Notes: a model not told the origin generated them from the sequence alone. Counted from the first letter of the stretch, positions 36,705-47,332 are shown. The stretch: DNA of 64,000 nt from an uncultured Nitrospiraceae bacterium (GCA_963727775.1 CAVSHB010000001.1:640001-704000), one strand, 5' to 3'. Numbers and translations are program-made.

Positions 36705-37290
36705 TCTGTAAAGTGATTTTATCTTTGGAAGCACTTTAGGAAATAACAGCTAATATGTCTGAAAACAGTCAGGGGTGACTTATTGATCCCCTTGCCATTG
36801 CAAATTTAACCCGCCTATCTTCGGTATTTCTGCCAGCTCTAAGCTGAAGAAAGGTAACTCAGAAAGGCTATGTTTAGTCCAGGGTGAGATATTTAGCCAT
36901 AAATGCTCTGCGACATCCTTCCTGAAACAGAGATTTTCACCACAACTCTTCCGGTAGCAGAGTACCTGATAACCCTCACCGCGGAGATATGTTCAGGAAT
37001 GAAGGGTTCTGATAATAAAATTATTGTCGGAGGGTAGTTTGTCATTATGGATAGCATAAGTAAAGCCCAGACTCCGCACAACCCTCTGGAAAGGCACTCG
37101 AACTGCTCAAAATGTATAATAGAGAAGATACGGTGAATCTCTTTGATATCGCTGAAATCATTTGTGAGCGGTCAAGAGCGCAGCCCGGCATCGAGGAGTT
37201 CATATCAATACCGTCACACGCCATGAGAGGACTATATCCGATCAGATAGGCACAGCCCGTTACCTTCAGAAGCTGTGCGGGCAGTCGCTG

Positions 37291-37752
37291 ATGCAAGACA
37301 GAGAGGTTTGCGCGCTCTTGGGTGGGCTCGATCTGCACATTGAGGCAACGCAGAATGCTATGGTCAAGGCCGGAATAGTGAAGGAGTGCGCCGACTGCGC
37401 GGTGGGCGGTGAAGGGACGTGTTGCGGAGTTCGCACTGGATATAAGTGCAACAGCGTTCTTCTCTTGATCAATCTGTTGCTGGGAAGAACCCTTCCTCCT
37501 GCACCAGCCGATACACACCTCTGTCACTTTCTGACAAAGCAGGGATGTGCCCTGAGGGCGCGGCACGTGATCTGTGTGAATTTCATCTGTCAAAGACTGA
37601 GGGATGTTCTTCCGCACAACTCATTGTACAGTGTGCAGGATATCGCAGGCGGCGAGATCGACACTCTGTTTGTCCTTGAGGAGTGCATAAAAAAGAAAAT
37701 AGGCGTCGCCATGTTGCTTAGGTCTCAGAAGCAATGGGATGAGAAAATGTAG
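37291..37752 (+). CDS. Cys-rich hypothetical protein (possible Zn/Fe-S binding); start uncertain
   Basis: CxxC..CC, CHFL..GC.L, CVNFIC. Confidence 0.65.
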   Translation: MQDREVCALLGGLDLHIEATQNAMVKAGIVKECADCAVGGEGTCCGVRTGYKCNSVLLLINLLLGRTLPPAPADTHLCHFLTKQGCALRARHVICVNFICQRLRDVLPHNSLYSVQDIAGGEIDTLFVLEECIKKKIGVAMLLRSQKQWDEKM

Positions 37753-37837
37753 TTGAAGGCCTCCCTCGATAACTTCCTGAAACACGCAAGGGCGATTCTT
37801 GCTATAATATTAGAAGTTTCATGTAGTAATTAACAAA

Positions 37838-39667
37838 ATGACAAGAGATCATAATCTTCGCGGAGAAACCAAACCTCCCGACAATTTAGAAAAGCTCGTT
37901 CAAGAACGCGCTGAAGAACTGAGTAAACTCAATGAATTATTGCAATCTGAAGTCACCCAGCATAAAAAAGTACAGGCTAAAATACTTCAACTTGCTTCTT
38001 TTCCCGAACTTAACCCCAATCCTATTATTGAGGTGGATATGGGATACATTGTCGATTATCTCAATCCAACAGCCAAAACTTTATTCCCCGGTATCGAAAA
38101 GACCGGAGTAAAACATCCCTTCTTGCAGGGATTGGATTCTGAATTTGCCATGCTTGTAACCAAAGAGAAGAAATCCCATGTCCGTGAAGTTACAGTTGAT
38201 AATGTTTGGTACGAGCAGTTTATTCACTATGTCTTGGAATTCAATCACATACGAATCTATGGTCGGGATATTAGTGCGCGCAAGCGGGCAGAAGAGAAGC
38301 TACGCAAAGCCCATGATGAATTGGAAACGCAGGTTCAGGAGCGAACCGCAGAGATAAGAAGAGCTAACCGCGCCTTAAGAATGCTCTATGAATGTAACCA
38401 GATTATTGTTCATGCGACAAATGAAATGGATCTTTTGCATGACATTTGCAGAACTGTTGTGGAAACTGGAGGCTATCGTATGTCATGGGTCGGTTATGCA
38501 GAACATGACAATGAGAAAAGAGTTCATCCTGTGGCACAGGCCGGTTATGAGGACGGATACCTTGAAACTTTGGATATCACTTGGGCCGATAGTGAACGAG
38601 GCCGTGGTCCGACAGGCACCGCTATCCGGACGGGAGACCCCTCGATCGGGAGAAACTTCCTGACCGATCCTAATTTTGAGCCATGGCGTGCCGAAGCGCT
38701 GAAACGCGGCTATGCATCATCCATCTGTCTTCCCCTGATTGCCGATGGTCAAATCTTTGGCGCACTTACTATGTATGCCGTTGAACCTGACGCCTTTGAT
38801 ATCAAGGAAGTCAAACTGCTGAAAGAATTGGCGGATGACATCGCCTATTCCATCTCGGCTCTCCGGTTACGATCCGAACATTCGCGTACAGATGAAGAAT
38901 TGAGAAAATATCGTGAACACCTTGAAGAAATGGTAGAACAGCGTACAGAGCAATTGAAAAAAATATCAGATGACTTAGCACGTTCCAATATCGACCTCCA
39001 ACAGTTTGCCCATGCAGTCTCACATGACCTGCAGGAACCTTTGCGAACTGTTGCAGGTTTCGTAAAGTTGTTGGAGAGACGATACAAGGGGAAACTCGAT
39101 GCAAAGGCTGATGAGTTCATCGAATATACTGTTGATGGGGCCGAAAGGATGCAGGTACTCATTAAAGATCTTTTAGAATATTCGCAAGTGGGGACAAAGG
39201 ACAAGACATTCAAACCTACAAATTGCTCGGTAGCCCTGGAGCAAGCTATATATAATCTTCATGTGAGTATAGAAGAAAGCGGTACAGAACTGACCTATGA
39301 TCTCCTGCCTACCATAATGGCTAATGCCTCACAATTAAGTAGATTATTCCAGAACTTAATCAGTAATGCTATAAAGTTCCGGAGTAAAAAGCCCCTAAAG
39401 ATTCATATTTCTGCTGAACATAGGGGAAATGAGTGGGTGTTTTCTGTTAGAGATAATGGTATAGGAATAGATCCAAAGTTTGCAAATAGGATATTTGATG
39501 TTTTCCAGCGTCTCCATACAAGAAAGGAATATCCAGGTACAGGTATTGGTCTTACAAATTGCAAGCGGATTGTGGAACATCATGGCGGCAAGATCTGGGT
39601 TGAATCAGAGCTTGGAAAAGGCTCTACATTTTACTTTACAATCCCTGATAGAGAAGCAGCTGTATAA
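37838..39667 (+). CDS. PAS/GAF sensor histidine kinase, cytoplasmic
   Basis: GAF (GRGPTG), [28 protein letters not shown]. Confidence 0.95.
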   Translation: MTRDHNLRGETKPPDNLEKLVQERAEELSKLNELLQSEVTQHKKVQAKILQLASFPELNPNPIIEVDMGYIVDYLNPTAKTLFPGIEKTGVKHPFLQGLDSEFAMLVTKEKKSHVREVTVDNVWYEQFIHYVLEFNHIRIYGRDISARKRAEEKLRKAHDELETQVQERTAEIRRANRALRMLYECNQIIVHATNEMDLLHDICRTVVETGGYRMSWVGYAEHDNEKRVHPVAQAGYEDGYLETLDITWADSERGRGPTGTAIRTGDPSIGRNFLTDPNFEPWRAEALKRGYASSICLPLIADGQIFGALTMYAVEPDAFDIKEVKLLKELADDIAYSISALRLRSEHSRTDEELRKYREHLEEMVEQRTEQLKKISDDLARSNIDLQQFAHAVSHDLQEPLRTVAGFVKLLERRYKGKLDAKADEFIEYTVDGAERMQVLIKDLLEYSQVGTKDKTFKPTNCSVALEQAIYNLHVSIEESGTELTYDLLPTIMANASQLSRLFQNLISNAIKFRSKKPLKIHISAEHRGNEWVFSVRDNGIGIDPKFANRIFDVFQRLHTRKEYPGTGIGLTNCKRIVEHHGGKIWVESELGKGSTFYFTIPDREAAV

Positions 39668-39849
39668 ACTTTCTTATGCTATATTTCTTCCAGTAATAAA
39701 TAATTTTTCTAAACTATAAAATTCTCTCTTTGTAGGTGGAGTCGAGAAAAAAGACATGCCGAGGGGTAAAAGACGCTCGACGACATTTATAGTCTATTCC
39801 CCCAACTGATTCCCGAACAGACTTGTCACTTAAGGGCAGGTCAACGGAT

Positions 39850-40085
39850 GTGAGCAGCCTTGTCAAGCACCTCTGAGCCCATTGGTTTAGACTTTTTCCT
39901 GAAGCTTTGGCTATAGTAAGAACCTTGGCGTGGATTTCAGGAGAAACACGGAGCATGAGCTTGCCGGAAGCCGCCTTAAATGGCTTGCGTCCTGTTGCTG
40001 CACAGTCAGCGATATAATGGTTAATAGCAGCCTCAAAATCAACCCTGAGTTCCTTCGTTGTTGTCCCATGAAAAGTGATACCGCT
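39850..40085 (-). pseudogene. hicB: 5'-truncated HicB-family antitoxin
   Basis: ITFHG..FEAAINHY..SGKLMLRVSPEIH..GKSLNQW; no N-terminus, no hicA. Confidence 0.75.
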
Positions 40086-40146
40086 GAATCCTGTCCGGTT
40101 GTGATAAAATAAACAATAAAGTGGAGCATGACAAAAAGGAGAAAAA

Positions 40147-40842
40147 ATGATGGTGCTTGGAAATAGGAATATCCTTGGACGTTTTTTATTCTGCCTGTTT
40201 TTAGCTATGGTAATGATTGCGCCGGGCAGCATTTTCGCGGAAGATTCCCTCGACAAAATAAAGGCAGACCTCCATAGCAGCGACTGGCAAGTACGGCGGG
40301 CTGCCATTGAAAAACTGGACAACCGCAGCGACGAAAAGGCCTTGAATATTTTGCTTGACGTTGCGGGCACACGGAGTGAATATTGGCCGGTCAAGATTAA
40401 GGCGATTCAATTGCTTGGAGAGGCGCGATATGTAAAGGCAGTGGAACTCTTACTGTCAATCTTTAATGATCCCTTTCTTAACTGGGAATGCCCGTCAATA
40501 AAATCTTACACGGCCATTGCACTCGGGAACTTCAAAGGCAATAAAAAGGTAGTCGAGACGCTTATTACCGGCGTGGACGACCGTGAACTTCTTATCAGAG
40601 AGGCTTCAATTCAGGCATTAGGGAAAATCGGCGATCCAAAAGCGGTACCGTATCTGGTCAGACTTCTGGGGGACCGGAGCACTGCCATCAGACTCAGTGT
40701 TATAAGAGCGCTCGAAGGGATTGGCGACCCTCAGGCGATCCCCGATATCCAACGCGTCCTGGAAAGTGAGAGTGATTCAGTAGTCAAGAGTCAGGCAGTG
40801 GCGGCATTGAACAGTTTTCATGGACAAAGCAGTAATAATTAG
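40147..40842 (+). CDS. Exported HEAT/PBS-repeat protein
   Basis: Repeated ALGxIGDPxA units. Confidence 0.9.
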   Translation: MMVLGNRNILGRFLFCLFLAMVMIAPGSIFAEDSLDKIKADLHSSDWQVRRAAIEKLDNRSDEKALNILLDVAGTRSEYWPVKIKAIQLLGEARYVKAVELLLSIFNDPFLNWECPSIKSYTAIALGNFKGNKKVVETLITGVDDRELLIREASIQALGKIGDPKAVPYLVRLLGDRSTAIRLSVIRALEGIGDPQAIPDIQRVLESESDSVVKSQAVAALNSFHGQSSNN

Positions 40843-42465
40843 AGTCTGTCCATAAACTACCGTTTCCTAATTTACGAACAGAAAACTGTCCCGGCAGTGC
40901 CGGCACCTGTTCGGATTGTGGTCCTTATACTTCAAAAAGCATGCTGTCGTCATATTTTTCATGATTTCGGACGTGGATATCCCTTTATGCTCCTTTTGTG
41001 ATCTGCCTTTCGCCTGTCTTCATTGCATCTGCGTTTGCATCTTCGCAAGGAGCGCTCCTGTCATCACACGAATGTTGTAAACAATCACGTTCCAGTACAC
41101 CTTGGCATCAAATCGCGCCCTTGTCTTCCATTCGCACCGGTACAACTCAAAACCCCTTTTCAGATTCGAGATAACTGCTTCAATGCCGCTGCGCCATTTC
41201 TTCAGCCGCGTTTCCATGTTCGCGCTTCTGACGATGTTCTTAAGCGACCCTTTTATCTTATTGAAGACGATGTTGACGATCCCTTTCCCATGCGCTATCC
41301 TCGCATTGTCCTTTGAGGCATAGCCGCCGTCAGTCACCATATCACGGGGGATTATCTTATAGTTATCCTTGAGACGATCTATCACTGCCCCATAAAGTGT
41401 TGTGTCGGCAGGGTTGCCCTCCAGCACCTTGCAATCAAGTATCAGATTGCTACGGCCTGTCGCAAGGTTTATCTTATGTCCAAATTCTACTTCTCTCCTC
41501 CCCTTCACTATGATGTCCGTATGGTCTTCATAGATCGAAAATATCTTCTCTTCGTTCGGCACAGCCTCCCCAAGGATCTCATGTCGCCGGGAGATGTCAT
41601 ATACTTTCTCCGCCTTCGGCAACACGTCTTTCAGTTCTTTCCTTGCCGCCTCTGCAATTATCCAGCCTTCTATCGTTTTGGGCAGTTCTGCTGTTAATGC
41701 CCTCTCTGCCTGGTTGATGCTGCTGCGAAGCAGCTTCAGTTGTTTCTTGAATTCCTCTTCCCGTGCCTCTTTAGCTTTGGTGTTATTGATCTTGTAATGG
41801 TTCTTCTTAGCCTGTTTCTTGTAGCTCCGTACCTTGATCTCCACTCCACTGGCCTTCAGTTTTTTCAATAGTCGATCTATGGTTTTGATGCAGTCCCATA
41901 TCAATGAGTTGTTTGTCGGATAATGTATATTTGTCTCTATTACGGTCCCGTCGGTCCGTATGCTTTTGCCGTCTTCAAGCCCTTCGCCTATTGCGGTTTT
42001 ATTGATCGCTACCATCACCTTATCCAGCGCTTCTCCGCTTATCCGGGATATGTATTTCTGATACGCCTCAAAGGAAAACGGCTTCCGGTCGTCAAGTTTG
42101 ATAAATACCGCGCACATCCTGGAATCATGTTGCGCATGCTCAAGCTCACGATAGGTCAGGTTTTTCATCTCTTTGTATATCGCCGCCCTCACTATCTGTT
42201 CCACTGTCGGCATGTCCTGCCTGCCGAGACTGCTGCTTTCTTTGCCCTTGGTTATGTCATCCTTCACTATTTCGTATATCTCAGGATGCTGGTTCAGTAT
42301 CGTGTCCATTACAGCCAGTTCCGGATTCAAGGCCCACAGCTCTTTTTCAAATTGCAGTTTCAGTTCCTTCAACAGTTTCAAGGCTTCCTCCACGTTTCTT
42401 ATTTCCTCTGCAATTTTACCATTTCTCTTTTTGTTTCCTATAGTTATAATTTATGGACAGACTCT
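40841..42465 (-). mobile_element. ISNCY/IS5-like insertion sequence, 1625 bp
   Basis: 16-bp perfect TIR agagtctgtccataaa / tttatggacagactct; AATT on both flanks. Confidence 0.92.
41020..42393 (-). CDS. DDE transposase (ISNCY-like); start may be TTG at 42381
   Basis: RTDGTVIETNIHYPT, TDGGY, WRSGIEAVISNLKR. Confidence 0.92.
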   Translation of the reverse strand: MEEALKLLKELKLQFEKELWALNPELAVMDTILNQHPEIYEIVKDDITKGKESSSLGRQDMPTVEQIVRAAIYKEMKNLTYRELEHAQHDSRMCAVFIKLDDRKPFSFEAYQKYISRISGEALDKVMVAINKTAIGEGLEDGKSIRTDGTVIETNIHYPTNNSLIWDCIKTIDRLLKKLKASGVEIKVRSYKKQAKKNHYKINNTKAKEAREEEFKKQLKLLRSSINQAERALTAELPKTIEGWIIAEAARKELKDVLPKAEKVYDISRRHEILGEAVPNEEKIFSIYEDHTDIIVKGRREVEFGHKINLATGRSNLILDCKVLEGNPADTTLYGAVIDRLKDNYKIIPRDMVTDGGYASKDNARIAHGKGIVNIVFNKIKGSLKNIVRSANMETRLKKWRSGIEAVISNLKRGFELYRCEWKTRARFDAKVYWNVIVYNIRVMTGALLAKMQTQMQ

Positions 42466-42546
42466 AATTAGAGTCCGTTTATCGGGATGCTTTGACGGGC
42501 ATCAGCTCGATGTTCTTTGTCCATATTGTATGGCTGCTGAATAACG

Positions 42547-42777
42547 CTATTCAACTGCCAGAAATGTTTCGGTCCTTGTGAGCCCTTTTATTTTCCTGAC
42601 TTCCTTGAGAATCTTGTTGAAGATGTCATTCGAGTCCTTTGCCTCAAGGATTACAGCGAGATCATAGGCGCCTGTGATGATATCCGCTTGGGCCACACCT
42701 TTGGTACCGCGCAGCGTATCTCTTATATATCGTTCTTTCCCCGGCAAAACATTGGCCAGCATATATACCCTTGCCAT
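42547..42777 (-). CDS. Stand-alone Lrp/AsnC ligand-binding domain protein
   Basis: ITGAYDL, IKGLTRTET; SD aggag. Confidence 0.85.
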   Translation of the reverse strand: MARVYMLANVLPGKERYIRDTLRGTKGVAQADIITGAYDLAVILEAKDSNDIFNKILKEVRKIKGLTRTETFLAVE

Positions 42778-42877
42778 AAATCTCCTCCTTTATCTTTTTG
42801 AAATCGACAAACTTTACAATGTCCATACATGCAAGTTTTTATGGGAACCCTTGCCCATGATTCAATTTTAGTCCATT

Positions 42878-42906
42878 TTGACAGGTTGTCAATATGACGA
42901 TACAAT
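42878..42906 (+). promoter_or_regulatory. Near-consensus sigma70 promoter; predicted +1 falls on the ATG at 42913
   Basis: TTGACA-17 nt-TACAAT. Confidence 0.75.
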
Positions 42907-42912
42907 ATTTAC

Positions 42913-43001
42913 ATGAGAATTCTGCTTATAGAAGACGAGAAGGGGGTCGCAGGCTTTATAAAAAAGGCCTTGAGGAAGAGCTTTACTTGGTAGAGGTAGA
43001 C
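42913..43001 (+). pseudogene. Frameshifted N-terminal fragment of an OmpR/CusR-like response regulator
   Basis: MRILLIEDEKGVAGFIKK, then in a shifted frame GLEEELYLVEV; rest absent. Confidence 0.8.
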
Positions 43002-43005
43002 CCAT

Positions 43006-43671
43006 TCATTTGAATATCTCTCCGGTTTCTTTATACCACCAAAGGAGGTCAAGGTGAGACATCGGAATACCTATTTGTCGTGAAAACTCAAGCATCTTTT
43101 TCTCTATCTGCAGATATTTTGCCTTTCCCAGGGAATGCGGGATTTCATCGATTACTCTGAACTGACTCAGGTTCCTGAGAATATGCCTGTCAAGGATTGC
43201 AAGCTTCTCTCCTAACCCCATGTTCCGTAAGAAATGGCCCGCTTCTTTATAGCCGAGACCTTTTATATTCATGACAAGCCATTCCCTGCATTCATAAGTA
43301 TCGGTAAATTTGTCGAGGAGGGGCTTGATGGAAATCCTGCCATTGGTTAAAAACAATTTTCTTGCAGCTACGATATACTCGGCTTTTTTGTTATGGAATC
43401 TCACACAGCGGAGACTTTTTCTGATCCGGTCAACAGGACCCTTTACCAGCAGTTGTTCTTCCTTCATCGTCACAATCGCGTCCCAGCAGGATTTTGCCCT
43501 GGATTGGGGAGTAAGCAGGCAGAAGGCCAACTCCCCGAAGATTTCCTCATCGCTTTTCTGAAGCCTGTTTTGTTCAAATTCCTTAAGACGGGATATGATC
43601 TCTTCCTTCTTGAGGAGGTAAATTTTTTTTAGATGAGCAAGTTTTTCTTTATTATTTATGATTATGGACAT
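43006..43671 (-). CDS. ogg: 8-oxoguanine DNA glycosylase/AP lyase
   Basis: ELAFCLLT, GLGYKEAGHFLRN, LDRH, LDLLWW. Confidence 0.92.
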   Translation of the reverse strand: MSIIINNKEKLAHLKKIYLLKKEEIISRLKEFEQNRLQKSDEEIFGELAFCLLTPQSRAKSCWDAIVTMKEEQLLVKGPVDRIRKSLRCVRFHNKKAEYIVAARKLFLTNGRISIKPLLDKFTDTYECREWLVMNIKGLGYKEAGHFLRNMGLGEKLAILDRHILRNLSQFRVIDEIPHSLGKAKYLQIEKKMLEFSRQIGIPMSHLDLLWWYKETGEIFK

Positions 43672-43746
43672 AGAAACATAACCGGCTTGCTGCAGGATTA
43701 TAGCCGATAGTTTAACACAAAGGCGGGATAGAGTATACTAAATGCT

Positions 43747-44847
43747 ATGACTGAGAACCTATGTGATATCAATAGCCCGTTCGAACACGGCGGGGACATC
43801 CATCTGGTTGCGGAAGAACTCGGGATACCCGACAGAAAAGTGATAGATTTCAGCGTATCGGTGAACCCGCTCGGCGTGTCAAAAAAAATTAAGGCGGAGA
43901 TCAGGAAACATCTGAAATATCTTCAAAATTATCCGGACCCGGATGCGCGGAGGTTGAGACAAAGGATCGCGCAGCTTAACGGTATAGAACCTGAATCGGT
44001 CCTATGCGGGAATGGAAGCACGGAACTTATTTATCTGACGGCTAAGACAGTAAGGCCTAAAAAAATACTTATAACGGCGCCTACATTCTCGGAATATGAA
44101 AATGCCTGCAGAAAAAATAGTGAGGCGGGTTTTACGTTTTATGAGCTGAACAAAGAAAACAATTTTGAGATCAGCCCTGATGAATTTATCCGGGCAATGT
44201 CAGTAGAGACGTCCTGTGATACGGCATTCCTTTGCAATCCCAATAATCCGACAGGGAGACTGCTGAAAAAGGAGGATGTCATAAAGATCGCGGCTGCTGC
44301 GCGGGAACGCGGCTGTTATCTCATTGTTGATGAGGCTTTTATCGATTTTACCCCTGAAGATTCAGTAATAGATCAGGTGAAGGGAAACCCCTATCTCATC
44401 GTGCTGAGAACAATGTCAAACTTCTACGCTCTGCCCGGCCTAAGAATTGGGTACGGCATCTTCCCACAGGATCTTATCGGCAGGTTAAAAGAATATAAAG
44501 AACCATGGACTGTAAACAGCCTTGCCCAGAGGGCAGCCGTGGCGGCATTGAACGACAAGGTATATAAAAATGAGACATTCAGGCTGCTGAGGGAAGAGCA
44601 AAGGTTTCTTGAGAGATCTTTCAGGAAAATGGGAATAGAGTTCTTCCGCCCGGATACTAATTTCTATCTGCTGAAAATGGACAATGCCCGTGAGCTATGC
44701 GGACATCTGAGGACGAAGGGCATTCTCATTAGAGACTGTTCGAATTTCAGAGGGCTTGACACTACATATCTAAGGGTGGCTGTGAAAGGTCATAAGGAAA
44801 ATGCGGTCCTGATAAAAATGCTTGGTTTGCTGAAAAATCGGGGTTAG
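43747..44847 (+). CDS. cobD: Threonine-phosphate decarboxylase-like PLP-fold enzyme
   Basis: HGG, YPDP, CNPNNPTG, DEAF, PGLRIG; expected PLP Lys position reads N (RTMSNFY). Confidence 0.8.
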   Translation: MTENLCDINSPFEHGGDIHLVAEELGIPDRKVIDFSVSVNPLGVSKKIKAEIRKHLKYLQNYPDPDARRLRQRIAQLNGIEPESVLCGNGSTELIYLTAKTVRPKKILITAPTFSEYENACRKNSEAGFTFYELNKENNFEISPDEFIRAMSVETSCDTAFLCNPNNPTGRLLKKEDVIKIAAAARERGCYLIVDEAFIDFTPEDSVIDQVKGNPYLIVLRTMSNFYALPGLRIGYGIFPQDLIGRLKEYKEPWTVNSLAQRAAVAALNDKVYKNETFRLLREEQRFLERSFRKMGIEFFRPDTNFYLLKMDNARELCGHLRTKGILIRDCSNFRGLDTTYLRVAVKGHKENAVLIKMLGLLKNRG

Positions 44848-44853
44848 AATACC

Positions 44854-45552
44854 ATGCTGTTCAGAGAATGGTTGAGAAGCGCTAATTTTGCAATAGAGGG
44901 CATCCTTCACGCCGCAAAGACCCAACGGCATTTAAGGTATCATTTTTTCACCGCGGCTACCGTCCTTTTTTTCAGTTATGCCCTCGGTGTCTCGCGAACC
45001 GAATTTCTTATCATCGCGCTGTCTGTGATAGCCGTGCTTTTGGCCGAAATGTTCAATACCGCTGTGGAATCGATAGTCGATATCATATCTCCGGAACATA
45101 GCGAGAAGGCGCGTATAGCAAAGGACGTGGCAGCTGGGTCGGTATTTATCACGGCTTTCGGGGTCGCGGTCATAGGCTATATAATCCTGTTCCCCTACCT
45201 GCGCGATGTGTTCTATAAGGGGCTCCATATTACAAAACACTCAAATGAGGAAATTGCCCTCATAGCGTTCATAATAGTTCTCATTCTTGTTGTTATAACC
45301 AAGGCATATTTCGGGAGAGGCCTTCCATTGCGCGGGGGCATGCCGAGCGGACACGCTGCTCTCGCATTTTCAGCCTGGGTTGCGGCAACGTTTATAACGG
45401 AAAATTTCGTTGTTTCATTACTGACTTTCATAATTGCCGTAGTCATCGCCCAAAGCAGGATAGCAATAATGGCGCACACCGTTTGGGAGGTTGTACTCGG
45501 GAGCCTCATGGGCGCATCGGTAACATTCCTGCTGTTCAGGTTATTTTCGTAG
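44854..45552 (+). CDS. dgkA: Diacylglycerol/undecaprenol kinase fused to a PAP2 domain
   Basis: EMFNTAVE, AKDVAAG; MPSGHA, SR...H...V..G. Confidence 0.88.
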   Translation: MLFREWLRSANFAIEGILHAAKTQRHLRYHFFTAATVLFFSYALGVSRTEFLIIALSVIAVLLAEMFNTAVESIVDIISPEHSEKARIAKDVAAGSVFITAFGVAVIGYIILFPYLRDVFYKGLHITKHSNEEIALIAFIIVLILVVITKAYFGRGLPLRGGMPSGHAALAFSAWVAATFITENFVVSLLTFIIAVVIAQSRIAIMAHTVWEVVLGSLMGASVTFLLFRLFS

Positions 45553-45592
45553 CGTATTGCTTTCCTTTGATTACTCGATTGTGAAATAATAC

Positions 45593-46453
45593 ATGATGCA
45601 TGCGCTTTGTGACTCGATAGTAGAACTTTTCCGGAAGGCCGCGACATTATTGCCGCCGGATGTTGAGTCTGCGTTAAGGCGCGCGCACAGGAGAGAAAAA
45701 GAAGGGTCTAACGCAAAGGCGGCGCTATCAACTGTGCTGAAAAATATAAAGGCCGCAAGCGAGATGTCCCGTCCTTTGTGCCAGGACACCGGTGTGCCTA
45801 TTTTTTTCATAAGGGTTCCGGCCGGTATCAGCCATCTTAAATTAAAGGAAACAATAATAAAAGCAACGCGAATTGCGACAAAGGCGGTCCCTTTAAGGCC
45901 GAATGCGGTCGACATAGTCACGGATAAAAACTCGGGGGACAATACGGGCATCGGCTTCCCTGTCATGTATATTGAAGAAACCGCGAATAAAAGGCTTACA
46001 ATCGATCTTATGCTGAAGGGTGCGGGAAGCGAGAACATCGGACAACTTTACAAATTGCCTATCGAAGGACTGAAGGCCGAGAGAAACCTGGACGGGGTCA
46101 GGAAATGCGCGCTTGACGCCGTAAACAAGGCACAGGGGAAAGGATGTCCCCCGTATATTATAGGGATCGGGATAGGCGCTTCAAAAGACCAGGTGACGAG
46201 ACTTTCCAAAGAACAGCTTATGAGGAATCTTCAAGATGTGAATGAAGATGAAATCCTGCCAAGGTTTGAAAACAGAATTATGGATGATATTAACCGGCTC
46301 GGGATAGGTCCTCTCGGATTAAGTGGAAGGACGACTGCTATGGGGGTCAAGATCGGAGTGAATCACCGGCACCCCGCGTCTTATTTCGTGGATATCTCCA
46401 TATCCTGCTGGGCATGCAGAAGGGCAAGGCTGGTATGGCAGACCAAAAGGTGA
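45593..46453 (+). CDS. Fe-S fumarate hydratase alpha subunit
   Basis: CQDTG, KGAGSE, GCPP, HPAS, CWACR. Confidence 0.93.
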   Translation: MMHALCDSIVELFRKAATLLPPDVESALRRAHRREKEGSNAKAALSTVLKNIKAASEMSRPLCQDTGVPIFFIRVPAGISHLKLKETIIKATRIATKAVPLRPNAVDIVTDKNSGDNTGIGFPVMYIEETANKRLTIDLMLKGAGSENIGQLYKLPIEGLKAERNLDGVRKCALDAVNKAQGKGCPPYIIGIGIGASKDQVTRLSKEQLMRNLQDVNEDEILPRFENRIMDDINRLGIGPLGLSGRTTAMGVKIGVNHRHPASYFVDISISCWACRRARLVWQTKR

Positions 46454-47073
46454 AAGTCCGAAGCTCAAAGAATAAGGCTGCCAAGGCAAAGATAATAACC
46501 CTGCCGCTGACAAAGGCAGATGTTCTCAAATTAAGCGTCGGAGACATGGTCCTTATTAATGGGCGCATTATAACAGGCAGGGACAAGGCGCACAGGTTTT
46601 TGTTTAACGAGAAGTCGCCTAAAGCAGAGATACCGTTTGATCTCGAAGGTTCGATTATCTATCACTGCGGACCCATTATCAAGAATATTCCGGGAGGGTA
46701 TGAGGTTGTGGCGAGCGGTCCTACAACAAGCATGCGTGTTGAAATGTATGAAGCCGGGATAATCTCGGAATACGGGCTTGCGGGCGTTATGGGAAAAGGC
46801 GGTATGGGTGTGCAGACCATGAGCGCGCTCAAGAAATATGGTTGTGTTTACCTGAACACCATCGGCGGCGCCGCCGTCTATCTTGCCGAAAGGGTGCGAA
46901 GGGTCGTCGACGTCTGGAAGCTTGAGGAATTCGGTATGACGGAAGCGATGTGGGTATTGGAGGTAGAGAATTTCCCTGCAATAGTGACAATGGACGCGCA
47001 CGGCGAAAGTCTTCACAAAGATATAGAAGCTAAATCGGATAAAGAATTCAGAAAGCTTATTGGGGTTAAGTGA
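46435..47073 (+). CDS. Fe-S fumarate hydratase beta subunit
   Basis: GRDKAH, YHCGP, GPTTSMR, GKGG. Confidence 0.93.
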   Translation: MADQKVKVRSSKNKAAKAKIITLPLTKADVLKLSVGDMVLINGRIITGRDKAHRFLFNEKSPKAEIPFDLEGSIIYHCGPIIKNIPGGYEVVASGPTTSMRVEMYEAGIISEYGLAGVMGKGGMGVQTMSALKKYGCVYLNTIGGAAVYLAERVRRVVDVWKLEEFGMTEAMWVLEVENFPAIVTMDAHGESLHKDIEAKSDKEFRKLIGVK

Positions 47074-47084
47074 AGAATGCGGTT

Positions 47085-47239
47085 GACGACAGGTATACAG
47101 GCAGTAAAACCTTTACAAATCGCAATTGGGAAAATTAGAGAACTCTGTGTTATTAACGATAATGTGAAGCTTATCGGATAAGCAGTTGTCTTACAAAGGT
47201 GGCGACGTAAAGATTTTCCTGCCCATATACCTGTCAGTC
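47085..47239. repeat. About 32-bp imperfect inverted repeat enclosing about 90 nt
   Basis: gacgacaggtatacaggcagtaaaacctttac pairs with gtaaagattttcctgcccatatacctgtcagtc; inner gcttatc-g-gataagc. Confidence 0.7.
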
Positions 47240-47288
47240 ATTATTTCCAAATGTCTTGTGAATAGTTCCGGGTAGAAGGAGAATAAAC

Positions 47289-47332
47289 GCTATATATTAT
47301 TTCCGAAACTGATATATGTTCTTACCCGCGTC
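47289..47332 (-). repeat. Orphan copy of the btuD 3' end (51423-51465)
   Basis: 31/32 identity over the first 32 nt, including the stop codon. Confidence 0.9.

Noticed and set aside
36720..37290. Long intergenic stretch with short ORFs
   Set aside because: No recognisable protein or RNA signature; may be decayed coding DNA but this cannot be supported.
39714..40394. 226-aa minus-strand ORF
   Set aside because: Chimera of the HEAT gene antisense and the hicB remnant.
44854..45552. Kinase-phosphatase (DgkA-PAP2) fusion as a novelty
   Set aside because: This fusion is already known from other anaerobes.
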